The notes below the pieces were generated by a model that worked only from the letters and a program-made list of their open reading frames with translations, ran no database searches and was not told where the DNA came from. The translations under genes were made by a program, and so were the position numbers. Of a stretch of 64,000 nt of DNA, positions 38,866-52,439 are shown in pieces (position 1 is the stretch's first letter; each line of letters begins with the position of its first letter). The stretch comes from Mobula birostris (taxonomy: Eukaryota), in NCBI RefSeq assembly GCF_030028105.1, contig NC_092390.1, positions 52,496,777-52,560,776 on the forward strand, given 5' to 3'.

Positions 38866-40559
38866 ATGTTAGTACAGTTTTGTTCCTCACCTGCAAAATC
38901 TCAACTTGAGTTTGAGCAAATGAGCTTGCAAATAAAGGAGAGCGTTGCATTCAAACACTTCTTTATAAGAGAAAATAGTGTAAAGGAAAATCTATTAAGA
39001 ATACAGTTTGGTGCAAGAATGTCACCTTATAATTTGCCTCTTTTAGAGGGTTAAATTACTCTGAAAGTTTAACATTTGTAGATCTTTAACACTGATGCAA
39101 ATATTTATAGCTCATAAATGCTTGTTGCAATACATAACTATATTTTCGCGTTCGCTTGCGGAGGAAGTAATCCTCCCAGTTTTAAAGAAATTGCAGCAGT
39201 GGGGTGAATGCACGGAGAATATATTGACAGTATCAGTTGGATAAAGTAATTAAAACGTAACATACGTGTATTATGGATGAAAGCTACCCGAGTAGTTTCT
39301 TAACTAATGTTATCTAGATATATAATATTGTGTCCATTTTTAACCGAGATGTTATTCAAACCTACCTTTGCACAAAGTAATTCATAAGTACTTTCACGGT
39401 ACTTTTTAGAACGGAATGGTCATAATTAGATTTAGTCTATAACAGATGTCCTTTAATTTACCATGTTTTATTTGCTCTCAGTAATGAATATAAGCATTTG
39501 TGTGATTTTCTGTAAATTCTATAGAATGTGTATTTTCTGTAAAATGATCTTGAAGTTATTCTCAAATCACCATGATTATGTTTCCTTGTCCCCTCACGCA
39601 CTTGCTGTCTATACTTGCACGTTGTACGTTACAAAATAATAATAGTACTGGGTTGATATTTTTTCTTGAAGTGCAGGACGCAATCTATAAACAAAACCTT
39701 TTTCCATATTGCATCGAGAGATCAACTCCGATATAAGCTAATTTATGGATTACATCAGTGATCCATAAATCTACAGTGTTAAAGTAAACTGAATAATAAT
39801 CAGCAACTAGAAAATATAACTACGTTTTCTTGCGATGTTTCCTTGATACAGCTTTGCATGCGACCATTCGGCCCCTCGAGTCTGCGTCGATTCTCGAACT
39901 ACTTTGTCATTCTTTCCCCGATACCCATGCAAATTATTGTCCATTAAAAGTGCTTCCGAATTTACTACATTTAAACATAATTTATGTAGATAAATAGTAT
40001 TGTGTGCTACAGCCTTTAATGCCTTTCTAAAGATTTGATGTGTGCAATGATTTGAGAGATCGTAAGAAAACCGAAAAGTATGTTCTAATATTCTAACAGG
40101 ATAGCAAATTAATAATTGCTACACTGTGCTGCACAATTACGCAATATATAGGTGGAGGTTCGTACTTACCTATTGGGTCTAGATAAGACAGGCATGGGGC
40201 ATTCGTGATGAAGCCAAACATTCAGCAGAACAAAAGTACAATACCGTATTCGCATTTTGTTAAAAACACTTCTGGAAATATTCATTCGGCGTCCAGTTCA
40301 GCGCAAGCTCCTGCACTGTGGTGCATCCTTTGTAGTTTATCCAAAATATTTTGTGCCTGTTTGATTTATGTAGCTGAAATATATTTCAATGAACGGCAGA
40401 CAGAAGATGCGAATTTTCAATGTTTTTTTAAAAAATGATCGTGCATTTTAATTTCACCGATAGTCGATAGCATTGATTGTTCACTTAGAATTCTTAAAGT
40501 AAATATAAACTCACCAAAATTAAAATGGAATGTGACCGTAAAAAGGTATATTATATATA

Positions 40560-40696
40560 GACACGGGAAAATCTGCAGATGCTCGAAATCCAAAGCAACG
40601 CACAAATATTGCCGGAGGAACTCAGCAGGTCAGGCAGCATCTGCGGAAAAGAGTAAACAGTCGACGTTTCGGGCCGAGACCCCTCATCAGGACCGG
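40560..40696 (-). mobile_element. Penelope-derived mini-element
   Basis: Homologous to 10922-11111 and 60826-60962. Confidence 0.75.
40659..40694 (-). ncRNA. minimal hammerhead ribozyme motif with intact core
   Basis: Minus strand GGTC-CTGATGA-GGGGTCTCGGCCC-GAAAC-GTC-GACT; stem I GGUC/GACU, stem II GGG/CCC. Confidence 0.65.
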
Positions 40697-41141
40697 AAAG
40701 GAAGGACATACAGAAATAACCCTTTATGTTACTAGGCAGGGTTTCTAATCATTTGCTATATCAAAATGAGGCGTACCTTTCGTGAACTGTTCTAAACATA
40801 TCTAGAACTTATTTTTAAGAGACGTTCTATGTTGTTTTACTTTGATGTGACTTCGACCACTGGCTTCAGCGCAAATAGTTACTTCAAAAATTCAAGTTTT
40901 GACTTTTCAAATTATTTATCAGTCAGTTGAAGTAAATAATAAAATGGAATTTAACATCGTTGCAACTACATTGTGTGGCGCCAAAATATAACTCTATAGA
41001 TTAAGAATTACTGCTTAAATAATTACTTTCAATTAATTTTCACCCAACATATTCTTTGAAAATGCCAACCTAAATTTATTTCTCCTATTAAAGGCACTAG
41101 ATTTAAGACATTGCAAAACATTTTGAATGTCCTTAATCACG

Positions 41142-41147
41142 TTTATT
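41142..41147 (-). terminator. candidate HMX2 polyadenylation signal AATAAA
   Basis: TTTATT on plus, ~750 nt past the stop codon in AT-rich UTR-like sequence. Confidence 0.35.
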
Positions 41148-41897
41148 AACTTTCTGTGAAGCTAATAACGTAATTAATTTAATAATAAGTTAAGAAATTC
41201 TGAACTGCTATGTATGAGCATCTTTTGCACAGAACATTTCATGATCAGATAAGGTATCGCATTTGTAGAATTTTGCTTGATAAAAGTTTCGGTAGCGTTA
41301 CACACAAAACCTTGCTTACATTTACTGTGACATGAGTTCAATTTGTTAATTTATCCGAGGAACGAAGTATCCTTAATTGGTGTTTAACGGGCCATGCGCA
41401 CCGTATAAATGGTGTTTTTCGTACTGCGGGTAAAATAGCGGTCAAAGATTCTTGCAAGAAACCCATCAGCATTTGCATTATTCCTCCTGGTTTTGTTCTC
41501 TGCTAATTTCGCTTGCCATGTGGGGAATTTCTGTGATGACAAAAAAAGAAACCTAGCACGAATTTCGAGCAAAACCTTCAAACCAGATGTATATTTTGTG
41601 ATTTCCTGCTACCTATTAAGAAATATTTCGATAATGAATGCAAGCTTCGTATCCTTTGTGATTTTTATGTGACCATTTGGGCGTCATCTTCACTAATAGA
41701 AAATAGTTATCAAATAAGAAACTGCAACTTAATCCATATATACACTGTATATTTAATACAATTTATAGAGAAGCACATTGTCTTTATAATTATGCAAGTG
41801 ACTGCATATAAGAAAGATATATTTTAACAGATACGGATATTATATAAATATACAATTTAATTGTTAAACAATTATAAAGAGACGTGGACAGAAAATG

Positions 41898-42436
41898 TCA
41901 GTATTCAATTTTGTTGTAGAGATTGTAGAAGGGAAGAGCTGTAACGTTGCTGCCCGGATAATACAAAGGAGCTGGGAACGCAATTGATCTGGGGACTGGA
42001 ACCCTCAAAAGGGAGTTGTCTCTGAAAACTAGAGGCATTCCTACAAGAGTCTGTGCTGAGGCGTGAGCCATATTAGCTGCCTCAAGTTCTGCTGAGAGCT
42101 GCCGCTTCCACTTATTCCTACGGTTCTGGAACCAGGTTTTGACTTGGGTCTCTGTGAGCTGCAGGCTGGTGGCGAGGCAAGCTCTTTCCGAGCTGCTCAG
42201 GTAACGTTTCATGTCGAACGTGGATTCCAGTTGGTAGACTTGGCTCCTGGAGAAAACCGTACGTGTCTTCTTTTTGGCCGGATTCCCCTGTCTGTCCGCC
42301 TCCCTCTGTCTGTCTGAGGATGTCTGCAAGCAAGTTTTCTCCTTTTCTTCCTTGTAAATCTGACCATCTTGCGAAAGGTACTGCTGCCTCCTCTCCGTGT
42401 TTTCCTGCCCAGAGTTGCCAACTCCTTTAGAATTGC
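41898..42436 (-). CDS. HMX2: HMX2 (NKX5-2) exon 2, homeodomain
   Basis: [84 protein letters not shown]...YNKIEY*; ttttag acceptor, phase 1. Confidence 0.96.
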
Positions 42437-43518
42437 CTAAAATGTAAAACAATGAAACATATTTTACAGACATTCTTTCCCTGGTCTTTGCAGTAATCAT
42501 ATTTCCACTACTTTTACAAATTATAAACAAAACTCTCTTGCTGTCTGCTCTCCAAAATAACGGAAAGACATACAGGGTTTATGTTTAATGGTGCTTTCAT
42601 CTAAATGAAGTGGCGTTTGAAATACACTTTGCTTTAAACAGTGACATTAAATATAATTGAAACCAAAATCGGGTAACGTAGGAGAGCAAGCTGAACGGAA
42701 TTTAACATATTGTCTTGCAAAGAAACAGCTACCGTCTCTGAACAATCATCCATAGGCCAACATATTGCGAATTGTCCTACAGCGATATGCAGCCTTTTAA
42801 TGTCTCACCTGTACGCGCAACATAAACCATCACAATTTTGCTGTAAGCGGCCGGTGAATCCCATTGTTCATATTTAGTAAACCCTTAATGAAAGATGAAG
42901 AGGAAACGTATTCCTTAACCTGTGCAGTAATTTACAGTTAATGAAAATAAATAATTATGCAAGTACATTGTGAGACCATTGTGGTGTGAACGAAGTCAGG
43001 AGCCAGGCTGCTGCCGTTGTCTGATAGCCAGGGTTCCGTCACAATGCATCTACCACAGTCAAGTCTTTGAATTCCTTTTGAAATGAAGCTCTGATGTGAA
43101 TTTATAAAATACCAAATGTCATGCTTCAAAAATCAATCGTATGGATGTCCCCTCTATCCGCAACAAAATATGTGGTTATTGCTCTTTACATGAATTTAAT
43201 GCACCTTCATTGACGGCATTAATCCAAAGTGTCGGCGTCTGCGAATGGTCTAAAGATGTTCCCATTATTTTTGTTTGGTTTTTTAATAAGACATTAAAAT
43301 ATTGGTTTATGCGTGGGTATTATCATGTTAGAGATGTCTATGAGTTACCCTACGGCCCCTATATATAAAACAAAATGAAAACAACCCTAAAAGCTTCAAT
43401 TTAAATACAATATTAGAAGCTAGCAATATTTTCTCTAATAAAATTATTATATAAACAATATCCAAAAAGATTAAGGATAATAGTGCAGGATAAATATCAA
43501 CCATTTTGCTGTACTTAC

Positions 43519-43783
43519 TCACACACGTGTAGCTGATAGTCTGGTGCCTGCGACAGGGCTCTCCCGGGCCAGAGTCAGAACAGAAGCAGTCTAGATCTTT
43601 GTATCCTTCCTCGGTTAACTCTTCGTCCGAGGAATCGGACAAACATCGCTGCCTGGCATTTACTTTAGCATTGTCTTTGCAACCTGAGCGTTCTTCCTTC
43701 GACGAGGTTCCAAGTATGGACTGGATGGTGAAGCTGGAGATCGGGGCTGGGGAACACTTTGTAATGTCGTCTTTGTTGCTCAT
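43519..43783 (-). CDS. HMX2: HMX2 exon 1
   Basis: MSNKDDITKCSPAPISSFTIQSILG (eh1/TN motif); A|GTAAGT donor, phase matches exon 2; total 267 aa. Confidence 0.93.
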
Positions 43784-43959
43784 TCTGCGTGCATTAAAAA
43801 AAAACACAAACTTAATTGCCTCACTGTCGCTTGAAGAAGTCTTAGTGGACGTATATTCTTCTGGCTTTGTTCTGTGGTCGTTTTCCCTGAGCATGCACGG
43901 GCTGAATGCATTCTCTGTGTCCCGTAAACCTGTATTGATCTGCTGCTTAGTCGCTGGCG

Positions 43960-44175
43960 TTGGCTGATTTGCATGTAGGTTTGAGTTGCAGCCAATCAAA
44001 AACAGCAGTCGGTGCCGGAAATTTTGAACTTTACACAAGCTAAGGGATGATTAGGTTAACCTAAGTATCTGATCGATTGTTGATGTTTGTAACATTATAA
44101 ACATATTCTTACTTTGGAGGAACATGATGCAACACAGTGTGACAATAGATGTGGCCCAATAGGCGCACGTGGTGA
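43960..44175 (-). promoter_or_regulatory. HMX2 proximal promoter candidate
   Basis: Octamer ATTTGCAT 43967-43974, CCAAT ~43993 and ~44156, CACGTG ~44166. Confidence 0.4.
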
Positions 44176-44994
44176 CACGGATGCGTCTAGTTGTTTTATG
44201 TTTTAATGAACGATAGGCTGCGGTATAGCTCACTTGACTATGTGACTGTCTTCCTAAATATTAAGTAGTTCCTGCTCAGTGAAATCAGGAAATGGGGCCA
44301 TTAATAACTACAGAGTTTATAAAAGTAGTCAGATAAAGTTGATAACGTGGGATAGGCACAAATCAAAACAATTATAAAATGTTTATGCCAAAAATGAAAA
44401 ATAATGTAATAAAAATAATTCATATTGCAGTATTTCTTCCGATTATATTGTCGAGGATATGGAATTTAGAAGAATTCTTCGTTCCATCTGTCAGATCTCT
44501 ATGTGAGTGCTTTAATTTTTACAGAGTGATTTTGAAAATTCGTGGCCTGAGCAGCACAAAGCTATGAATGGAGCAGCCTAGTGATATCAACAAATACTGC
44601 TTCAGCAGCGGAACTGATTTATAAAATGTTTAGTTCTGAAACAAAATGTGTGTTCAATGGCAGCTAATTTTATTGGGAGTGTTGGGGGATACTCGGGGCC
44701 TTCCAAGACCGTAAGTGCATATTCAGCAGAAGAGTGAAGCCATTAAATATTTTGAATTTGGTTTTGCTTGAGGTTGCGGGTAGCGGCAGCCTGAATGGTA
44801 GCTTGGATTAACTCTAGTCGCTGGTCTGCAGAAGATTGAACGGTTTTGGTTGGGCTTAATCTGGTACTAAACCTTGATTGATTTTGGACGGTGACTATTT
44901 TCGGTTGTAAGTAACGTTGATTTCGAAAGAAAAAATATTCAATACTCAGTATTTTTCTTCAATGCAAGGTTGGCTAACCATTCTTATTTAACAA

Positions 44995-45049
44995 GAATAT
45001 TATTGCATTTGTCTCTAAATCTGGTTTAGAGACAAATGCAATAATATTC
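44995..45049. repeat. perfect 25-bp inverted repeat with 5-nt loop
   Basis: GAATATTATTGCATTTGTCTCTAAA-TCTGG-TTTAGAGACAAATGCAATAATATTC. Confidence 0.95.
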
Positions 45050-48000
45050 GTTGGAATGGAAAGTGGTTTAAAATCGATCACCGTGGGGAATTTGTGGGGA
45101 GATGGGTTTACTGAACTTTACCAAGTCTGCTGGATGCGTGATGACCAAGGAGTGGTAGTGCGCAATCTGCGCTATAGAAATCGGTGGCAACAAGATTAAG
45201 ATTTGGAAGGTTGCCCCCCCCCCCCTTTCGTTTGTGGTGTTTGGCACATGAGTTGGAATAGCACCCGAGACTGAATGGATGAAGCTGATCTTAGTTTTAA
45301 ATTGACTAAATATCTAAGGTTAAGTGCTGCTGGATGGGTCATGTACCAAGTACAGCAACTACATAGGATGCTGATTTCTTGGCGTCAGGGATAATGGCGA
45401 CACCAGGAGAGATGCAACACGAGATCACTGCAGACGTTCAGCCAATTATTGATATGACAGGAATGGAACTAAGATAAACAACTTAGAAAACGTAATTGAT
45501 GTCAGTAGTTTTAAACTTTGCATTGGTATTCAATCGCACTGTGATTACCAATGTCCTGATACTGTTACCTGACTTTCCTATTGGAATGGGCGAAATTGAA
45601 TAATTTATGTCAAATGAACCCTCTTTTATCCTTAAATCGATTGCTAATACGCAACGGAATTGTAGCCTTTAAACCAGTTCATTTCTGTATCCTTGATAAC
45701 AGCGATAAAGAGAAAACTGATTTTTGAAAATACGTTTGAAAGTAAAATAGCAGATTTAACCAGCTGCACCTCCTCGCTCGTCCAATGTTTTGTCTGGAGT
45801 TGTGCCCTGTAGATACCTACTGCATTTTATGATGTGCAATGTAGGGATACAACATTGACCCGTGTACAGAAGAAAATGCACGCGATGTACAGTTTTTTTT
45901 AAAAAAATCACATTTAACATTATTCTTAACCCAATTTCTCTTCAATGTGGTGGCACCAAATATTACAGATGTTTTCCAACAATACATTGTTGCAACCAAT
46001 GTACGGTTGTAATCCGAGACACTGAATGTCTCTACGGTTTGTATATAAACTATTAGCAGTAATCTAAAGACAAGCGTGAGTAACATACGATATATTTGGC
46101 GTCTATTGGACCGACAGCTAGTGAATAAATTAATCAGTTCCTTGATCAATGACCAAACCTCGAACATCGCTGCTAGATTAGTTGAAGTTGACGTACCATT
46201 AAGAAATGAATTAATTTATGACTGTCTAATTGAATAGAGGGTTTAATTAAGGAACTGGCCAGTTAACCAGTTGATCGAAGTAAGACGCACCTAGCCAGTC
46301 TTCAAAGTATTTCATGAGATACTGCTGGCGAGCTAGTAAAATAAGGCATAAGCACGTGACCAGTCAGAATGAATAGGGCATGTCAATTTGTTAAGTAATT
46401 AAAGTATCAGGTTAATAAACGAAGCTGAAAATCGCATGTAATGAACGTGAATTTTGGTATGATTCTCCTCAAACCATCACGTCTGTGATGTATCTGTCAT
46501 TTTTAGGTTCGCTATAAAGTTATTAGGTTATTGAAGATTAGCAACATTCATCCCATCAATTACCTGATTACTCAGTAAAGTCTTGAGCCAAAGTATATTT
46601 TACTCATATGATTTTAGATAACCCACTCAGCTCCCATCCCCTTGATCAACTACAGACTTTAGTGGTCGTTTTTATTGAATATCACATAAATATTAACAGT
46701 TGCAAAACAAAAGCGTCTTGATTCTCAAATACAGGTCGATTGACATATATAAGGCCCCGTAACAACCCCGCCTTTTTTATATTAATTGAAATACAGTTGT
46801 TATTAGAGTTAGCTTTAAATAAGATCGCTTATTCCCCTATTAAGTGCATCAGATTAAATGTCACTTCTGCTAATACTTTTCGTCTAAAATGCTTTCCATG
46901 GCAAAGCTGAATCGATCTTATTGGAGTTCGACTGTGTTTACTTGATTATTTTGCTGGCTGCTGAAAGCTCTCGATGGAAGGGGCCAGTTAATTGATTGAT
47001 TGGCAGGGGCTGCGCTCTTGTCCTGCTCCGGGAGGCAGGTGTGAGAGTCCTGCTCTGTTCTACCACATTAACCTTTTCATGCTTTCACAGGGTCGCGACA
47101 CATTACAAATGGTCAGCTTTAATCATAGTGTCAGCTCGTTAACGTGGCGCGCCCCTGCAAACGGCGCTGGATGATCAGTCTTCATTCTGCTGTGAGGCAG
47201 GCGCTGGGGCTAGCGCCAGCCTGTAACCACAAAAAGAGGCAATAACGGCTTCAGAAAGTTACAAACTGGACGCAATTAGCCTACTTGTCCTAATGTAGGC
47301 ACTAAACAGGGATGTGGTGCAACTTGTTGGGGGATCACGTCAGGTACCAGAATTTCATTTAATCCATTTGGAATATTCGAATAGTGTAATTATTATTAAA
47401 GCAAAATAAAAATATTTCGCTAAATATATTTTTCCACCCAATTTGATTCCCGCTGACTACTCATTAGTTCCAAATTTTAAAGTCAGTTAGTCATTACCCA
47501 TTGAAGTAATGTTGGTGAAATTAAAGATGTATAATTCCTAGTGGCTAAGGTTCTTCTTGAGTTACCCACCAAAAATCCAGATTCGCCGGACATATGTGCA
47601 CAGGAGCAAACATTTTGCTGTGTGATGTATTGCCGACAGCCAAGCAGGACACTGCGTTTGAATAGTGTTTGGAGGCAATAAAGATAAGGCGTGAAATCTA
47701 CATTGACGTATTAAATAGGCACATTTTGCGAGCCTTAACTGTTTAAGAGACTGTTAAATGCCCGCATCTGCTCGATGAGAACTCTTAAAATTATATTATA
47801 ATAAAACCTGTTCGTTCTAAGACCTCTGCTGTTCTCAATAACGTAGATTGCAGGGGATATCTGGTATTTTCTTTTGTAAGCCAGTCAGAGAAAAGGTACC
47901 TCGGATAAATCTGGTCTGTAATCACTGCCAGTGTATCATGCCTGTTAATGCTTTATAAGCACAGATTGTGCAAGCGCAGAAAATGGAAGCATTCTTCCCC

Positions 48001-48617
48001 CCCCATCTCAAAAAAGTATAGAAAATGTCAGGCGCGCATTGTCTCTAATGAAAATTGATCTTTAGTAGGTTTATGCTGCTCGAAAATAGCCTCCTGACCG
48101 CCTATAATATTGCGAAGGTTCCACCTGCAGTGACAGATGAAGTCATAAACAAGTTTGATCTGCGAATCAAGCTTCGATAAATATTAAACACAGTCCTTTA
48201 CACGTGTGTATTATGATGTATGGCGCGTCGAACTTTAAAATAAGGAAATTACCGAAGAAAATGATATCAATAAATTTTCTAAGTATAAACGTTGATTATG
48301 TTTCGATTTTCATTCAAAAGCTTGCTGTTTCTGGTACAAATGACATCTCACAACGGGCTGCAAAAAGGCTCCCTATTCCACGGGAGCCTGGAGGTGTACA
48401 ATTTATGTAATCGGGGCTGGAAAATGAATTGTGTAATTTATTGGAAAACAGAAGTCATCAAGATTGGATCAGCATAGCCCATCAAAGGGCTACAATCCAT
48501 CAAGTTCCAATTAACAACCTAAGACGCGTAAACCATAGAGCGTTAATGGGTTTCCAATCTACTGGACTGATAGACCCATCAATTCCTCGGGGATGAATTA
48601 AGAAAATCGACCGCCCC

Positions 48618-48756
48618 NNNNNNNNNNNNNNNNNNNNNNNNNNNNNNNNNNNNNNNNNNNNNNNNNNNNNNNNNNNNNNNNNNNNNNNNNNNNNNNNNNN
48701 NNNNNNNNNNNNNNNNNNNNNNNNNNNNNNNNNNNNNNNNNNNNNNNNNNNNNNNN
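48618..48756. other. assembly gap (N run)
   Basis: run of n. Confidence 1.
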
Positions 48757-51700
48757 CTATCATTGAGGCGAATGGGACTCAGAGGTGCAAAGGATTCTTT
48801 AAACTGCATTTCTAAAAAAAATAGACCCGGATGATGTACTGTAGTCCTCACGTTTAAACCAGGTAGACCAAGGTAACAGTTACCAACCGAGTTGTATGTA
48901 CTTAGAATCTGCTGTTTATTATAACGTGTGATGAAGTTGTTTTGTTGACTAAAATGCCGGAGCCGTTACAAAGCGCGGATTAGGGTTAATTACTGAGTAA
49001 AGCGATTTCGGGACTGTCTTTACAAGAGACGAAGGATCGAACTGCACACCACCTATGAAGCTATGTAGTATCTGTGCTGAATTCTTTTCACCGAGTGTGT
49101 TGAGTTTCGCTATATACCGTATACAGTATTGAGTTTTCGCGTGAAGTTTGAAGATGTCCTAATTGCTAATTGTACTTCCCCCTTTCTCCTTCCATGCTCA
49201 TAAATCAAGGTCACAACAATCCAGGAGCGTAAGATGAACAATGCAACTCATTGAAACAATATTTTGCAGACATTTTGCGATCAATACGAACTAAAGCATA
49301 ATGCTATGCCAATCTATTAATGCTCTTTAATGGCCTCGCGTTGAGTTTGCATCGCTCTAGTCAATAAAGGAACGTGATTACCTCGAAGATACTTTGTCGT
49401 TCTCCCCTTTTATTGAAATAAGCACCTTTTTAAAAAAAGGAAAAATGTAAGTTTGAAAGTATGCCTTACTGACCTGCCAAGTGTGCCGTTTCCTTTCGGA
49501 AAATCGAAAGTATCTTCAGAAGAACGGATCAGTGCAGGAGTTAAACACAGATTTTGGAGAGTTCGACGAAATTAGTGTAGTGGTTAAACTGTAAAATACC
49601 CGCAGGGCGCTGGAGCCGTACTGAGCTCATCCACAACTGATCTGCATGGTGGTTCTGAAGACTATTCGGGCAGTAATGGAAAGGTTATATCTGTTTGGAA
49701 TGATTGGACTGTTTGCTATACAAAAGTTCCCCGTGTTTTGTACCAAATAAAAGAAATACATGTGTGTGTAGGGTAAAAACACGACAACAGCCATATTTAC
49801 AGAAATGATGCAGGGTTCACAATATATCAAACAAAAGCAGAGATTTGGAAACTGGTGCGCTTAAGTGCTAAGCAGGAACTGTTCATATTTATCATTAGTC
49901 CTGGCACTGTAGCGGTCTCTCATTTCTGAGGCGCCAGTATGTGCAACAATGACAATGGTTTCTTTGTCCCAAGAACACATCAGTATGGCCTTTATATATA
50001 GATACTGTTCTAAATTAAATTTACATATTTTATACTTCCTGTTTTTTTTGCTTTACAAGAACGATTAAAGCCATCTTATAATCTTATATCTGTTTGTTTA
50101 ATCGTTTACAAAAAGTTTGGCAAAATAATGTAAAAGTTGAAATCCTATTGAAAAGAACCCCGTTTTAAGCGGAAAGTGTATTACAGGTTTAAGCTTTTCT
50201 AGATATGAATCATTTCATTTAGGCGGGATTCTGAAATGGATTTTGGATACGATTTGAAAATTCAATTTTGCTCAACGTTCTACAGAGTAAAGCGTTTATT
50301 CAGCTACAAATCAAGAAATGTATTTATGTGGGTGACAAGTACAATTAATGGCGAAACCAATTATGGAAAGAAGATAAAATAATATAAAACCCATCGATGA
50401 ATGATAAAACAAAATCAACCTACATTTTTTCACTGTTTTGGTTGGGCTAGTAATCATGATAATTTTTTTTAGTACAAAACTCAAGGAGAAATACACACCT
50501 TTTACCTAAACGGTGTAGAAAATCCGGAGAAACTTGTCCATTTCTCTCTAAACCAAATGTGCACATGTATTTACAAAAAGGCAAGTCCACAAAATTACTC
50601 AAAATAGGCTTGAAGAGCAGTAGAATTGCTGGAATATAATATTTTTCTCTCAAATCGGTTTGGACAGTTTGAGTGCCTGTGAAGTGGCCCCTATATACAC
50701 AAGCGTGATTAAATCTTATCGCCGTACTGTGTGGTTTAACAAACTAATTGTAATTTTAAACATTATTGCACTGGCTATAGTTTATATTTCAAATATTGTA
50801 GAGACTAAGCGGAGTCGTGGATGAGTGAATATAGGATGTGGGTAGTGGAGAGAGCAAAGTCACGTTGCTAAAAGAGCCAAAATTTGGCACTAGCCAGTAA
50901 AGTCAAACTGATATTGAGGTTTATCTGTTTTATTTTTGGATTTGATGAAGCATCAAATATACAGCAATTGTATCAGTGAAGCTGCGTTAGTAAAAGATAT
51001 CACACCCTCTTGTGCAAGAATGTAGCTCGGTTAGTAAACGTTTTGCAACTTGATGAATTTTGAAGTGCTGTTATAATATGATTTTGTTTCAATTGGACCG
51101 GTTAATTCTTGGCAGAGAATAAATTACGTTGTATTCATGATATTCAATACAGAATGAAAATACTTTGGCGTATTTTTTTGCTGTTTTCTGTTGATTAAAC
51201 CGGTTAGTGTTTATAATGTAAACGGCTTGAAAGTTCATATTGACAATGTTGTCATAAAGTTAGTATCGCCAACAATACAAGATACCATTTTGTTGCATCT
51301 TTACACAAAGGGGAATATATTTTGGCCTCTGCGCTGTTTATTTTCATCCACGACGCATAACATTTTTTAAAAAAATCAAAGCACAGAGACACCTATTTAG
51401 TGTCTTGTCACTTGTGAATCATCCTACGGAACCGTTGACAGGGTTTCACGCGATAAAGCTAACAACATCGCTATCTGGAAATCAGAACGCGGCGCTATTG
51501 TTTTATTGGACGTCAACCATAAAAACACAAATGGAATTATTTAGAGTTGTTCGACTGTAAATGACTTTAGCTGTGACCTTCTGCGAAAAAAAAAGAAATA
51601 GTTAAAAGATATTTTCAGTATATCGGCACCGGCACTTATCTGTGTAATCAAGGGATTACCAAACGCGGACGGTCCGTACTTGATTCAACAATACAATCTG

Positions 51701-52433
51701 ACATATTTGTTTCACCTTGTCTGGGACCTACCATTGAAATTTCGCACTATTGTTAGAATAGAAACTGTCCTCTTACTTGTCGGAACATCCCCTTCAATAG
51801 CATCGACTGTCACTTAACATAAAGAGAATTATTTGATGCATAATTAAATATATTCTTATCTTTTGTGTGTCCAGGTACTTGGCGACTGAAGTGCAGTCAC
51901 TGTCTGCTCCAACTATTGCGACATCCATTCATCTACAGGTGATTCTTCCAACAGTCGCTTACAGTTTCAGTTCCGCAAGCCCTTGGCTCATAAATCACTA
52001 CCACCACGAAAAGCCCCCACCCCTTCCTTCGAATGGGCTTCATATTTTAGAAGAAGCGTTTGAAAGATATACTGTATTCTTATTGCCGTGAATTTAATTA
52101 ATTATTGTCGGAGATTTCAATGTTATTAATATGGCATTGTGCGGCAAACAGACAATGTTTTGTGAACATGAAATTTAGCGCCATATGCACCCGAGAACAA
52201 CTGGTAAACCATGAGGAAAACTAGGAATAATTTCTTAAGAGTTGGGTTGATATCTTGCTACTAGACGCAAAAGAAAGTATTCCTGAAGGCTGATAGAAAC
52301 GGCATTGTTCCCTTTAAATTATGCCTTTTAGCGTGGGCGCCATGAGATACTAGGCCCATCAGTTGATCCTGATTCAATATTTGGAAATACTGCAAATGTG
52401 TTTTTTTTTGGGACACAGATAGAAATTGTATGC

Positions 52434-52439
52434 TTTATT
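52434..52439 (-). terminator. candidate HMX3 polyadenylation signal
   Basis: Minus-strand TTGTAAATAAAGC ~850 nt past the stop; alternatives at ~52517 and ~52781. Confidence 0.4.

Noticed and set aside
42437-42530. N-terminus of the 210-aa ORF (MFIICKSSG...)
   Set aside because: Intronic read-through upstream of the true acceptor at 42437
43599-43967. 122-aa plus-strand ORF over HMX2 exon 1
   Set aside because: Antisense shadow ORF
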